From positions 1,116,001-1,180,000 of the forward strand of contig RSEE01000003.1 of the NCBI GenBank assembly GCA_003971905.1: a DNA stretch of 64,000 bases, in the 5' to 3' direction. Origin of the DNA: Moniliella sp. 'wahieum'. Taxonomy: Eukaryota. The notes under the pieces were generated by a model. That model saw nothing but the letters and a program-made list of their open reading frames with translations. It was not told where the DNA came from and made no database searches. Below, in pieces: positions 39,294 to 52,942 of the stretch; positions within the stretch are counted from its first letter, which is position 1, and each line of letters starts with the position of its first letter. A program made the translations under genes and the position numbers.

Positions 39294-42200
39294 ATGGCAG
39301 GCCGCAAGCGCCACTCTGCGCCCCACTCGGACGACGAAGCGGATACCAGTGTACGTCGGCCCCCTCTGCTCTGTCTGTGTGCGTGGTGCGTGGTGCGTGG
39401 TGCTAGCAGGGTGCTAACATGGCGCTGACATGGGACAGGCCAAACGCGCGCGTCTCAATGGCGAAGAGGACGACGACAGTGACTACCCCGATGCCCAGCT
39501 CTCCGACGCGTCTGAGGTGGAGCAACCGATGCCCCTGACTGGCGCCAGTGTACGTTATCCCCCCCCTCAACCCCCAACCCCCAACCCCCCATGCCTGTGC
39601 CGCTACCGTGTTTCTGAGCTGAGCTGACGCGGTGCAGAATACCATGCTGAGGCCGGTCCAATCGAGCACATTGAGGTGTTCAACTTTATGTGCCACAAGC
39701 GCATGAGCGTCGACTCTGCCCCAACCTAAACTTATCGTCGGCCACAATGGAAGTGGCAAGTCGGCCGTCTTGACCGCCATCACGATTGCCCTGGGTGGAA
39801 AGGCGAGCACTACGAACCGCGCCGGCAGCATGAAGAGTTTCATCAAGTCGGGTGAAAAGTACGTTCTGCCCCCTGGTTGATAGGCAACAGAGTCAGAGCC
39901 ACTGACCTCATCCTGCAGTTCGGCCGAAATTGTGGTTCGTCTGCGCAACCGCGGAGAAGATGCGTACAAACACGAAGTTTATGGCGATAGCATCACCATT
40001 GTGCGCCGCATCCACCTCGATGGCGGTGCGTCCTGGAAACTCATTGCCCACAATGGCAAGACCCGCTCGACGCAGCGTGCCGAGCTCAGTCGTATCCTGG
40101 ACCACCTCGACATTCAAGTGGACAATCCCATGTCGGTGCTCAACCAAGATGCGGCGCGGCAGTTCCTCAGTGCCTCCAACCCGGAGGAAAAGTACGCGTT
40201 GTTTCTCAAGGGAACACAACTTACTCATCTGGCTCAAGAGATGGATACGCTCAAGGACCACAACATGGAGATCAAGGCTGCTTTGAGCAAGCAGAAGGAA
40301 TACCTGCCTGACCTCAAGGCCGAATACGAGGAAAAGTTGCGCAAGTTTGCGCAGTTTCAGAAACAACGCGAGGGCAAGCAGAAACTCGAGGAACTGTCCG
40401 ACACGTACGTCTGGGCTCAGGTCGCAGAGGCCAAGAGGAAGTACGAGTTGGCAGGCGAGGAAGTGCGCAAACAGGGCAGTAAGATTACCAAAGCGCAGCA
40501 AGCCGCCCAGGTCGTCGCCGGCGATCTCGAGCAAACCGACACGACCCTTTCTCTGATCGACCAGGAACGGCAGAATGACCAGAGTGCGGACGACGAGCTT
40601 GTTCGTGCGCGTGATGAAGCAAGGGGACGCGCTCATGAAGCCATTAGCCAACGCGAGGGCAGCTCAGGTGAAACTGCAAGAGATCAGCGAGCAGTACCAG
40701 GTCTACAAGAATCAGCATGAGAGCGCGCAAGCCAAGTTGGACCAAGAGCTGCGCAAGGCCAACCAAGCAGGCGAACGAGAGGCGTGGATGGAACAACGCG
40801 CTCAGGGCCAAGCCAAGATTGAGCAGATGGAACAAGAGCTGAATGACCTGCAGGCGCGGAAAGATGAGGTTGAGCGCCAAATTGCGCCGTTGCAAGAAAC
40901 TCTCCAAAACATCGACACTGACTTTACCCGTCTCGCGCGCAACGTGGCCTCCACCGAGCGCACCGCACGGGAGATCAAGGCGGCTGCCCAGGACAATCTC
41001 TCGGCGTTCGGGCGGTCGATGCCTGCTCTGGTTCGGGCGATTAAGCAAGAAAAGGGATGGCACACCCCCCCAGTGGGTCCTGTGGGGAGCTACATGAAAC
41101 TCAAGGACGAGTCTTGGCTTAACATCATCGAGGCCATTCTCGATAAGGACCTGAATGGGTTTTGTGTGACCAACGAGCACGATCGACAACTTCTCCTGAA
41201 ATGGACGAGGCGGCTTAATTGTGCGTCCTTTGTCCCCATTCTACGGGGCGATGATGAGCCATTTGATTATTCCTCTGGCGAACCCGATCCGGCCCTCACC
41301 ACCATTCTGCGGGTGTGCGAGTTTGAGTCGGACTACATCAAGCGCCAGCTGATCATTTCGCGCCACATTGAGCGTACCGTTCTTGTTCGCCAACGCAGCG
41401 ATGGTGACCGCCTTCTCCGCAGCGGGCACGGATTAAATATGGTGCACAGTGCCGATCTCTTTCGCATCACAGGTGGTGACCGTACCAGTTCCTCCACCGC
41501 GATGCAACGTCCCCAGGGGGCGCATCGACTGAGTAAGGACAACTCTTCGGCTCTGGCCGAGGCCGAGGCTGCACTCAAAGAGCTTCGCGTGGAGCAGCAG
41601 TTGCTCACTGAGCGCAAAGATCAGGTGCGCGCCGAACTCACCGCCGTGCGGGGACAGCTGCAATCTTTGACCAACCAGTCCACCTCCGTGCATCGTAACC
41701 TACGGAAACTGCAAGCCGAAGTGGGTCAGCTGAATGGTAAGTTGCAAGCACAGACGACGGTGGATGTGGATGTATTCCAAGAGATGGTGGACCAGGCCAA
41801 GCAGCACATGGAGGAGGGTAAAGAGCGTTTCCGTGTGACCAACGTCGAGGTGGAAGAGATGACGAAAAAGGAGGGGGAAGCCCAAGCTGTTTACGATGAG
41901 ATTCGACGTCGTCTCGGAGAGCGGGAAAGCGGACAACGCGCCATGACGGAAGCAGCAGAGCAAGCAGCACAAACGAGAGTCGCGCTACGGCACAAGCTCA
42001 CTCACTTGGAACGCAAAGTAACTGAGTACTCGGAAGAACTCAACTCGTTGGCCGAGCAGCACGAAATGGACAAGGCCGATTTCGAAGAGTTGGTCAAGCA
42101 GGCCAAGGAGCATACGGGATTGGAGTACCATGAGGTGGGTCCTTCGGTTACGTCGGCCAAGATTGAACAAGAGATTCGCCAATGGGAACAGTACATGGAC

Positions 42201-42829
42201 AGAATGCGTACCCAGACTGGCGGCAACATTGATGCTGCCAAGATGGAGATTGAAGAGGCCGAGCAGAAATTGGAGACGCTCAAATCGAGAATCACCAAAT
42301 TGGACGAGTTTGCCAAGCAGCTCGATCGTTCGTTCAACGACCGTTGGGTCCGTTGGCACTTTTGGCGAGGTGTCATTGCCCTCCGTGCCCGCTCACTCTT
42401 CACGGCCAACTTGGAGCATCGTGGCTTCTCGGGCAGTTTGTCGTTTGAACATGAAAGCCAAGGTCCTGATGGACGCCGCTGCCGGGCAAGCTTCTGATCA
42501 AGGTACAAACCGAGCATGGTCCAGGTGCTGGGACCAAGAATTTGCAAAAGGAGACCAAGGCTCTGTCGGGGGGAGAGAAGTCCTTCTCGACCATCTGTCT
42601 TTTGCTCTCTCTCTGGGAAGCGATCAACTGCCCCATCCGCTGCTTGGACGAGTTTGATGTGTTTATGGACTCGGCCAACCGAACAATCTCAACCAAGATG
42701 ATTGTCGATGCTTGCAAGGTCAACCGACGTGTACAATATGTGCTCATCTCGCCCCAGAGCATGACCTCTACCCAGTTGGGCGACGATACGCGGGTCATCA
42801 TGATGAAGGACCCAGAGCGTAACCAGTAG
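39294..42829 (+). CDS. SMC6: Structural maintenance of chromosomes protein 6
   Basis: IEVFNFMCH, Walker [47 protein letters not shown], hinge PVGPVG, signature/Walker [37 protein letters not shown]; three short 5' introns (first 39351-39438). Confidence 0.96.
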
Positions 42830-43237
42830 CCCTTTCATTCTCTCAACCTGACTCTCGACATGTGTGAACTGGATCGATTTTATGGTTATCTGTTCTGCCT
42901 CGTAAGAGAAATAGCGGTAGTGTAGTTCAAGGACTCCAGGTTGTCCAACTTGTGTATGGGAGCTCGATACAAGAAAGAGAAAGAGACGGAGAAGGCAGTG
43001 GCCTGGCTCTCGCGGTTCCCATCTCCATGCACAGGCTGAGCATCAAGCATGGCGAAGTGAGAAAAATACGACGAACAGTGTATTGAAGCTCAACGTCCAA
43101 CTGCCTAAAAGGTGAGAACCTCCTGCCCTTGTCCACATCTCCAGAGTGACATATGAGCCGGCAGTCCAGTGGAGGCACAGTGAATGGGCATATCTGCATG
43201 TGACCTAGTTCGTTCCGTCCCGTCCCGTGATCACGGA

Positions 43238-44839
43238 TCACGGGCGCTGCAGGATACAGATGCCCTCGACGTGGCTGGCGGACAGGTCAGTGGTCTGTTG
43301 CTCGGAAGGGAGTACAGAATGAGGATGGGACGTACAAGGTCTGAGGGAAAAAGTCGGCGGCGCGAAGGGAAAAGATGGAGTACTGCGGGTCGCGACGAAG
43401 AAGGAAGCCCACGTCCCTTGCTTGCGTGTGGACATTGCAAGAAACATAGATCACCAGTCGTGGCCGCAAAGCGAGGAGCTGGGTGAGGAACACTTCATCA
43501 CACCCCTTTCTCGGTGGATCGATGACCACAGTGGTCTGGTCCGGCGCAAATTCATTCAGTGAGAAAAGATATGCTCGGCAGAAGCAGCGAGGAAGGTGAC
43601 ATTGTCAATGTTGTTGCTGAGCATTGACCTTGGCGCACTCGATGGCACGGGAAGAGATTTCAACCCCTGCCACTTGAGAGAAGAGAGATGCTAGACTTAG
43701 AGCAAACAGCCCTGCACCACAGTAGGCGTCCACCAAATACGTTTTCCCCTCGGGGACAACGGTGCGGCGGAACCGTTCAATCTCGGAACGAATAAGGTCC
43801 ACAACAGGCACCAAAATGGAACGGTTGTTTTGGAAAAAGTCCCCAGCGGGTCCTTGGAACAGGAGCGAGCCCACTCGCTCATGCATCACACCGTGCTTCA
43901 TGTCGGTCACCACCTCGCGTGCACTCGGATCCTCGCTCGAGGGCACAATCGAATCGCGGAACAGCAAAGTGGAGCCATTCGAGTAGGAGAATATGTCGTC
44001 TCGTACCTTCCTCCGCTCGATAGGAAGCGCACGGTTGATGGCCGGAGTAGCAATGGGACATTCCTCAATATCCAGCATGGGCCGGCGTCCGAGTCAAAGC
44101 CAATGGGAAACGAGACGGTCGGCTTAGGCGTGGAGGGCTCCTTGGAGACCTCCTTGCGCCATTGTCTCACGAGCGAGGGGAGGTTAAAGTGAGGCGTGAG
44201 CTTAGTCCTGTACCCCATTTGCTCAGGCGAAGCGAGGGTGGGAAGCACGTCGGGCACCTGCTCAGGAAGGAGATCCGAGTAAAACTCAAAGGCTTTCTGC
44301 ACCACGTTTCGCTTGATTTCCAACTGGCGCGGGTACGCAACCATTTGGTACTGGCATCCGCCACATTCGTTAAAGTACTGGCACGTTGGTGTCTCGGTCC
44401 TCCACTCGGATTTTTCCAGCACTTGCAAAATGACGGCTTTGGACCTCATCATATCATTCTTGACGATCTTGACCTTGAGCTTATCTCCAGGGAGCGACTT
44501 GGGGACAGCAATAACCCAGTCCTTGAGGAGAGGGTCCTTGGCGAGGCCCAATCCGACAGCCGTCAACACAAGGACCTCCACCTCCATCTCGAGGCCGAGG
44601 GGGTGAGGGCGGTCAAATTGGCGGCCTGCCTCGAAGCGGGCGTCGACCGCATCGCCGCCCAAGAGATGGCGGATCTCGATGAGAAGCGGATCCGCGCCAA
44701 ATTTGCCCTCCTTCTTGGCGGCGGCCCGCTGGGCGTTCTGCACACGCTTGCGCTCCAGCTTGGCCCTTTTCTTCGAGTCCTTGTCGATGGGCGACGCGGC
44801 ACGCTTCTCTGGCGCGGCCGGGGCGGATGGGCCAGGCAT
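43238..44839 (-). CDS. TRM2: tRNA (uracil-54-C5)-methyltransferase
   Basis: TRAM-like domain, CQYFNECGGCQYQM, GYRTKLTPHF, LDIEECPIATP, FFQNN, LVDAYCGAGLF, VIDPPRKGCD, IYVSCNVHTQARD, DFFPQT..HVEG; short 3' intron. Confidence 0.95.
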
Positions 44840-45126
44840 GGTTGATGTATGGCAGACGGCCCGCCGACGCGACTGGCTCGGCCGAGGTGCAAAAAGGCGC
44901 GGCGCCCGGCCAGACAAAAAAAAAATAGAACAGGTGCGGTGGGGCTCGCACGCCCCATTCCGCGCACCGGCGGAAGGAAATTTCTTTCTTGGCCTCTCTG
45001 CGGTTCTGGCTGGGCGTCCAGAGCAGCCAAGTCGACCACCTCAACCAGGCGCCCAGCCCACCACACCAGGCCCGGCCCGGCCACCCCTCCCCCACCTCCC
45101 CCCACCACCTCCCCCCCCGCCACACC

Positions 45127-47678
45127 ATGGAGCGGGTGGCGCTGCGCCTCGAGCAGTCGCTCCCGCAGCTCGAGCAACTCGCCAACGCGGGTATCTTTTC
45201 GCGCGACGAGCTGCGTGCGCTCACCACCCAGCGCTCTGCGCACGAAGCGGCACTCGCTCGTCGGGAAGTGACGTTTGGCGACTACGAAGCGTACATCAAC
45301 TTTGAAGACCGTGCGGAGCAACTGCGCGTGTTGCGTACACGCAGCCCAGTGTCCAAGACAAACTGACGCCTCAGGACGACAAAAAGCTCAAGAGCGCCTA
45401 CATTGCCCGCGGGATCAGCATTTTTGAACGTGCTCTCCGGCGCCTCAAGGCGATCTGCGCGTTTGGCTTGCGTATGCCGATGGGCCCGCAGACATGGAAT
45501 GAACGTTGTCCTAGGCCGCGTCTTGGGCAGGGCCATCGTCCTCCATCCAAAGCAGCCGTCCCTCTGGATCTTGGCCGCACGCCAAGAACTCGCCCTCGAC
45601 CCATGGGGCAAGGGCGCCCGTACGCTTTTCCTCCTGCGTTGAAGGTGAACCAACCCCCTGCAGTTGCTGCCGATGCAAAAGCCCCCGCGGAAGAAGAGCA
45701 GACAGTCTAACGGCTTCGTTGCCCGGGACCCGAAACCGCATGAGGGATTACTGTATATCCCCCATGCCCATGTCAGAGACTATATCCATCTTGCCCTTGA
45801 GTATGTGAGGATGGAAGTGACGATCATCGAGCGCACCCGTCGGCGGTTTACCAAACTCGGGATTGATCTTCAATCGCCCTACCGCCCCTGCAAAGGGGAG
45901 AGCTGCAGCCCGACAGCAGGGGGCAGGGGATGACGCGGCAGAGCGAGCAGCAGTCAAGATGGCTAACATGCCTGCTACTGAAACCCCCATTGCCGAGGAA
46001 GCCACTGCTGCTTCCGAAGGGCTTCTTCAAATGAAGGCCCGAGTGACGACCGGCTCTTGGCCGTTGTACGGCATGCGATCGACAAGCTGATTCTCCCCCT
46101 GCTCCCAAGCGAGCAAGCAAGTTCACATTCCTCGCTGCGGTATATCGTCTTCTCCTTTCGTTCCCCTTTACCGACACGGTGTCTTCCTGGCAGAGTGGCC
46201 AGAAGTTGCGCAACACTATCCTCGGCTTTATCGTGGAAAGATGCCACCTCAAGTTGAAGCAGACTTCCTTAGTGCTGCTAAGGAAGTAGTGGACCCCACC
46301 CCCATTTGGGCTTTGGACCGAAAAATTGCCCAGCATCAAGAGGGGGAAGAGATGGACACGTTTTCCCGTCTCAAAGCAGCCGGGGAGCTGCGACTTCTCA
46401 TCTCGGACAGTGAAGTGGGGGACTTGTTCCCCCCACGGCCGAAGGTGGCGAAACTTTCTCTCGTCTGAGCGCGATCTTGGCGGGTGCAGTCAAGGTTCGG
46501 AGAGGGCATGACGACACTTCTTTGCCCCCCTCGCTGGTGGCATGGAGTAGGGCGACTTCTACTACTCTCAGCTCGTACCTTGCTGAGGGAGAAAAGAGGA
46601 CCGTCTCTCTTGGCCGAGGGCAATGTCCTCTTCCTCCAAGGAATCCGAGGAGGGGAGTCGACCCAGTTGGGCAAGCTACTGGATGCGCTTCTAACACAGG
46701 CTTACCAGAGCGCCAAAAAGGGAAGATATCTTTCTCCTCGTCTCATCTTTGCCTACTTCAGCTCTCTCCCGCCTGATGACTGGTCTTCCCGCGCGGAGGC
46801 GATCCGCAAGCCTCTTCGTCTGGCTAAGGATTTGACGCTCAAGGAGCAAGAGGCGTGGGCTCCATTTGGGAGCTGTACTTGGATGCGCTGGTCCATGCTC
46901 ACCAAGCAGACCTAGAGAGCAAGGCACTGATGCCTTGGCCGTGCGGGAACAGCTCTTTAATGAGCACATTTCTGCAACCCAATCCGCCCACCCAACTTGC
47001 GGTATGGACCCATGCGATCGCCCTGGCCCGTGGAGGGTTCCAAGTGCGAGACAAAAAGGTGGACAAATGGACCGTCTCTGCCCTTGAGAAATTGCTCTCC
47101 TATCCCGCAAGGGTGTGAGTGGGAATAGCGACTCGTCCCAGGCCGAAGGCAGGCAACTTGTGCACGACCGTCTGCTCGCAGCCGTGGCTGCCACGCCCAC
47201 TCAACTGAGTAAGACCCGAAGTGCCAAGTCAACGAGCAAGGTGCGTCAAGCGGTGAGGGGAATGATCCGCTCGGACCCTGTGGCATCAGCGGCGTTCTGG
47301 CTTGCGCATGCGCGATCTGAGTCGGGCCTCTACCGTACTCTTCCCCCCGGAGAGGATAAAGAGGCGGTGCGAACCTATCTTTCCACGTTGTGGTCGCGAC
47401 TGCGCTCAACAGCCAGCAGTGCCACGCTTTTGATTCCTGCCAGGCTGTTATGGCTGCGTCACTTCTCTTGGATTTGAGAGATGGGACAGCAGCATTGGCC
47501 GCGTTGGATGTTGCACGTCGAGACGCAGCAACCTTGGATCCTCGTCTGGTGCCCCTCCTTGAATCTGGGTGGCAGCGCCTGAGTAGCGGTCGCCCCGAGG
47601 ATGCCGAGGATGAGAGAGGATGAGGACGACGACGACGACGATGAAGAGGAAAGCGATGAAGAGGAGGAGGAGGACTAA
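45127..47678 (+). CDS. UTP6: U3 snoRNA-associated protein 6 (HAT-repeat)
   Basis: MERVALRLEQSLPQLEQLANAGIFSRDELRALTTQRSAHEAALARR..DYEAYINFE, RAIVLHP..PSLWILAARQE..ARTLF, LEYVRMEV; acidic C-terminal tail ending at TAA 47676-47678; frameshifted. Confidence 0.88.
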
Positions 47679-47978
47679 AAGACGTGAAGCGATTCCCTGT
47701 ATTGCATCTCTACATCTTTTCGCACATTCTTCAGGCTGAAACAGGCCGAATGAGCGGTCAGCTAGTGGTAGCCACCAACTCCTAACCAGCCACATGATCT
47801 GTACCTTTCTGTTTAGACGGCGACTGCGAGTCTGGGGTATAGCGTTTGCGGTATACACCCTACCCGTTAACAAACAGCAAAAGTGAGCAGAAAATGAAGA
47901 CCCTTTGAAGTGAAAATTGCCAAGATACTAGCATGGAGACATAGGGGGGGAAGGGGGGCGGGGAGACACCATTGGCAC

Positions 47979-49317
47979 TTAGTAATACACTGTTTGATCG
48001 TAACCCTCCGCATACGAAGGATACGGGTACCCATCAATGATCTCTTGCACGACGTCCGAGTCGAGGGTCTGAGTTTGGTGTTCGGTGACAATGGGCAAAG
48101 CGGTGGGCTGAACAAATCGGACATCGTACTCGTACAGCACTTCAGACGCCAACTTTTCTCGTTGGGCCAAGCGGACCTCACTGAGAGCAATCAGGACGTA
48201 CGTCTGCACTGAAAGCAGGAGTATCCCACCCCACCCCAGAACAAGTGGAAGACTCACCGTCCGTTCGTACCCGTGCGCGGCGACTTCGTACCACAGACTG
48301 TGCAGTGGAGAGTAGACACCGAAAAAGGAAAGACACGCTGCAGGCGGGGTCCAAATCTCCATCGCCCGACTGGATGGGGGAAGTACAGGATCATCAACCT
48401 GTTCCTCTGTCGGTTGGTCCAGACCCGAGGGAGGCGCAAGAATGTAGTACCACACCGCGCGCAAAACCCAGCGAAGCGCCAGACTTTTCATTTTGTCAGT
48501 ATTCCGATACGCGGAATGGGGAAAGAACGTACACGCTCCACCGAAGTGCGGTCTTAATTCCCAACCAGGCCGCTTTGGAGACAGTGAGCGGCGCTTGGGC
48601 TTCCTTGGCGCGTTCCTCCGCCTCGGCCTGGGCGCGGTCGCCAGGCACCAGGCCAATTCGCTTGGTATAGGAACGGTAACTCGCCTGGCAGAATAGAGCG
48701 TACGCATTCAGCCCCGAAAGGAAGAACAGTCCCAGCATAGCCAGCACAGCAAGCGTGGAGATGCTCCAAGCAGTCCTGGGAATGGAAAGAATACGAGGGG
48801 TGGTGGAGGTGGTCTGGAAGCGCAAAGTCTGGGCATGGGCATGAGAACGGGCACCCGCGCCGCGCCGGACAAGCAACAGAAAAAAGGACAAGAGGTGTGC
48901 TGCTCCTGCTGCTTTACCTCCAGTCTCGAGCGGGAGCGCTGTGACGTCGGCCCGCCATTCGGCGGCGGCCTGCAGCAGCGCGTCCCACATTTCCCGAGGG
49001 AAAGAGCTGATGCGGTCGTACAGTCCGCGGCGTCGCACCTGCCGACGGAGGGAGCTGCGGCGACGACGTCGTTTGTCCTTACTCTCCTTGCCCTTGGATG
49101 TGGGGGTAGACTTGATGGTCGACATGTCCAGATCAGAACGGAGTGAGTCGTCATTGTCGCCAGCCGAGTAAGTGTAGGAAGACAGGCGGCTGCGGCGTGG
49201 ACCAACATGGGCAAAGGGCACGTTGCGCCGCATCAGCGCAGAGCGCGGGGCGCTGAATGTCGACGCTTGGCCAAGTGATGCTCGCTGCGACACATACACA
49301 GACCCCGAGTGGGCCAT
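47979..49317 (-). CDS. Nuclear rim protein Nur1/Mug154-like membrane protein
   Basis: RRQVRRRGLYDRISSFP, transmembrane segments ending NAYALF..RSY, IWTP..CLSFFGVYSPLH, EVLYEYDVRFVQP; probable intron ~48490-48535. Confidence 0.75.
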
Positions 49318-49729
49318 TGTGTTGGAACGGGCGATGGCGAAGACGGCGGTTCGTGTGAGTCTGGTGTTGGCGTGGACGTTGAGCAGGATGGCCGACGCCT
49401 CACGTCGTCCGCGTGAAGGTCACGTGATCATACCCGCTGTCTGTGCTTCGACGCGTCAAATTTCAAAGCGCATCAACCACACAAGGTATCGATCGCGTTT
49501 GAAAACTGCTGTGGGAGTGTACAATGGGTACGCCACTGGTACGCCTGCACACTTGAAGCTTGAAGGTTGACTTCCAACTGGGGGATTGAAGCGTGAAGCT
49601 TGAAGCTTGAAGTATCCTTGCACCAAGGTATCCACCACTATCTCTTCGGTCTTGAGGGTGCATATCAGCTAGCGCCGTAAGCAAAATATTAGCACCCTCT
49701 TGTACTCCCCTTTTTGAGAGTAAACACAG

Positions 49730-51170
49730 TCAGTGGGATTCGAATAGAACATGGTATATGCCTAGTCCCTCGGCACGAAAGGTACACTCGATGCAGCATA
49801 ATAAGGGAAACTTGGGACAGGGTAGGGGGCACTTGGAGCAGCGTAAGGAGGCACACTCCCTCCAGAACGAGGGGTGGCGGGGGGGGGGGTAATACATGCC
49901 CTGCATCCAAGGGTAGTAAGGGTATACGGTGGGGGTAAAAGTATGGTGGAATCCCTCCATGGGGGCAAGGTGCCCCTCCTCTGTTGTCCCTGTAGGACGA
50001 GATGGTGATGGGTAAATTGGGACCTGAGGCGGGGCAGGGGGGATCAAATGTTGCTGAGTAGGAGGGGTGGATCTCCTCGGGTCTTCCATCACCTGATGGA
50101 CTTGCTCGAGTAGCGAACCGACCATACCAATGCTCCGGTGAGTGCGGTATTGTCTCGATGGCCATGTCTCCGTTGACCAGGTGGGTGAAGTGACTCTTGC
50201 ACCTCCGGCTGCTCAACCGAATTGTGAGATACACCAGCATGTGAGGCATGCATTGCAGGGGACGAATTCCTCCCTTGTTCAGGTAGAAGACTTTCCTCCC
50301 GCTGGGCCTTGAATTGGTCGAGAAGAGCCAGAGCGCGATCTATGGCGTCCAACTCTCATCCTCTTCCGGGACAGGGATGCGCGGTAGGTATTCTTGCGGT
50401 ATGGGCCGGTACTCAATGCGTCCCCAGGGGTAATTGACGGTGAGGGAGGTGTGGATTTTCTCAATTGGGGGGACTGCACAAGCGACTCGTCGTTTGGTGG
50501 GAGAGTGCCTCCTCCCCCCGACGATACAGAGAGAGCAAGCTCTTGCAGCATTTGCGTCAACGCGCCCACTTGAGCCGATTGGGCCTGAAACTGAGTAGCC
50601 AATCGAGCATGAGATTGTCGCAGCTGATCGTTTTCCTCTTTCAGTTCTTTCATGGCCGCAAGCAAATCAGTCGCATCAGAGGCATTGTCTTCGTCTGGCC
50701 GAGAAGAGGGCCAGCCACCAGGGGGCACTTCCGGTTCCTCTTTCCTCACTCCCGGGAGAAGAAGACCCGAAGAAGACCAAGCCCTGAAGGAGCGGTAGGG
50801 GAGAGATGGTGGCCGGAGAGGAGGGTGTCGATTTCGGTGTCCCAGTAGGGGAGTATGGCAAGCGGCGGCTGTGGATCGTAGTTCGGGACACTTCGGGAGC
50901 AGACGAGTCCGAGGGCCGAGGACGAAAGCCTTGGGATCTTCTTCCCTTGCCGCGAGCAGGCGGTTGAGCAGAGCCGTCTTCCTGGGAGGGAGCTACAAGG
51001 CTGCGCACCGCCTCTTGCGCAGAGATGGGTGGGAGATCTGGCTGCCACTGGTTGATAGCCTGGGCAGGAGCATGGCCCGCTAGCAGATGTGCAACAGCGA
51101 GAGAGCCTGTGCGGACTGGGGGAAGAGGCGAATTGGCGCGTGGCGACGAGTTGCGGTCAGACACGCCCAT
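49730..51170 (-). CDS. Hypothetical low-complexity protein with central coiled coil
   Basis: Chain of overlapping minus-strand ORFs (50676-51326, 50279-50749, 50089-50352, 49730-50125) joinable by frameshifts; heptad segment LLAAMKELKEENDQLRQSHARLATQFQAQSAQVGALTQMLQEL; ATG at 51170. Confidence 0.45.
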
Positions 51171-51758
51171 GCCCGTGGCACACCTGCAAGTCCGTGACTG
51201 GGACTGTGGCCAGCGCAGAAAGCAAGATGGTGTGGGAAGGAACAAGCCCCTGCCAGAACCGCGCATCGCACAGGGGCGGCGGTGCACAGGCGCGGCGCGG
51301 CGTGGCGCAGGAGGCACAGGAGGCACCCAGGCAGTAGTTCAGTGTCTATGGATGCAACCCAAAGCCCCCAGACCTAAAACCTAAGACCTAAGGCCTAGCA
51401 GCTAGTAGTAACTAGTAACTAGCAGCTAGTAGCCAGTATGGCCTAGGCCCAAAGGGACGCCACAGGCGTAGCCTCCAAGATACACGAAGCTTGAAGCCCC
51501 CCGTCCAGGCTGAGCCGCCCTCGTCCACACTATTGACGTGACGCGTGAGGCCTGAGGATGGGATACAACACTATTGGATCACTAGCCACTCGTCTTGTCA
51601 CCACCTTGTGTGGCCAGAGTCGGGCATGAGCACTGCGTGGGCATCAAGAGGATGCGCTAAATAGGGGGTAGGCAACCCTCCATTCGATTCTTGAAAATGT
51701 ATTTCGAACAATGCCGGTCGCGGTAAGGGTAGGGAGTGAGGTGGTGGGAGGCTAGGGA

Positions 51759-52942
51759 TTACGACAGGATGAAGTGCTGCACCGAACGATGCTTGTCAAT
51801 GTGGACGCGCAGCAGCCGCTCAGGTAACGCATGCGGCAACTCGTCCTGACTCAGGTTGGAAGTTACATCCGTTTTTTTGGACCTTGCCGCAAGTGCGTGG
51901 TCCGACTTGAGCCACGGATCAGCCTCTCCACCCGAGCCTGGTCCAACAGGGGAGTATGGGGCCAACTTGGAGCCACCCCCGTTGATGTCCACAATTCGTA
52001 GATGGGCATGTAGGATGAAAGGAAGTGCATATCCAACTGGTCTTCAGTCGGCGATGCCTGTGATGATCCATGCCACCATGAAGATACCAGGTTCCAATCA
52101 GGCATGTTGGCGCGCAAAATGTCGTCCTGTTGTAATGCTGTACGCACTCCGACCACGGGCCAGAGCTGAATTAAAGCGTCAAGATGGGAGCCCCAGCGCT
52201 GAGCATACTCTGACACTGCTTCATCCATCTTTTGCAAATGGGCCAGCGAATGCTTGAGGAAGAAAGGCGAGGTCCCGCCATTGCGCGCTGTTGACGCGCA
52301 TGCTCATAGCGCGTCGTCAATAGGTCTCCAAGCGGGCCAAGCCAAGGCACCATCCCTCCAGTAGGAACAAATCCAGCTCGCGAGGCCTATTGACATCGTG
52401 GCCCACTACCACTACCGCCTCACAGTGAGGCAAGCATGCAACCTCAGCGGATTGGGTGAATTCGCGATTGGATGTTTCCGGGTCGGAAGGCCAAAGCGGA
52501 GGCTCAGGCTCGCCACGTAGGTTGCACAAAATCCGTTCTCCTAATGCCACATCGTGCGTACCTGGAACATCGCGGACCCGGAGGAGGGTGTTGGTGGGGT
52601 CGCGCCGCTGAATTTCTTCCAGCGCCTCATCAGAGGACGAAGATCGTCGATACCGATCACGGCGACACGCAGGCCGTAGCCCTCGGAACTGAGTTCTGAG
52701 GCAAGGCGGTGGACAACCTGGTGTTTACCTGCTGGATAGTCAGCAGAGTCCGCTACCAAGACGGGGACGTACCGCTTCCCTGGGGGCCTTGGACGCCAAC
52801 GATGAGTGGGCGGTCCCGCGCTCGTGTGGGCGGTTGGCCAACTGAGAACAGATGAAGTTGCGGCACAACTGCCACGTAGCCACTGCCACATCTCGGCAGC
52901 GTCGCGCTCGCGGCCGCGGTTGGGAAAGCGAGGGCGATACAT
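51759..52942 (-). CDS. Tda10/D-glycerate-3-kinase-like P-loop kinase
   Basis: PLIVGVQGPQGSG(K) Walker A split by an intron (~52730-52770), VAVIGIDDL, RGEP, DLFLLEGWCLG, FLSSYMPIYELW, LRVHIDKHR. Confidence 0.8.

Noticed and set aside
44840..44917. N-terminal mitochondrial-targeting extension of Trm2 from the ORF track
   Set aside because: The track start at 44917 is a TTG at the edge of a poly-T run; the first ATG is at 44839.
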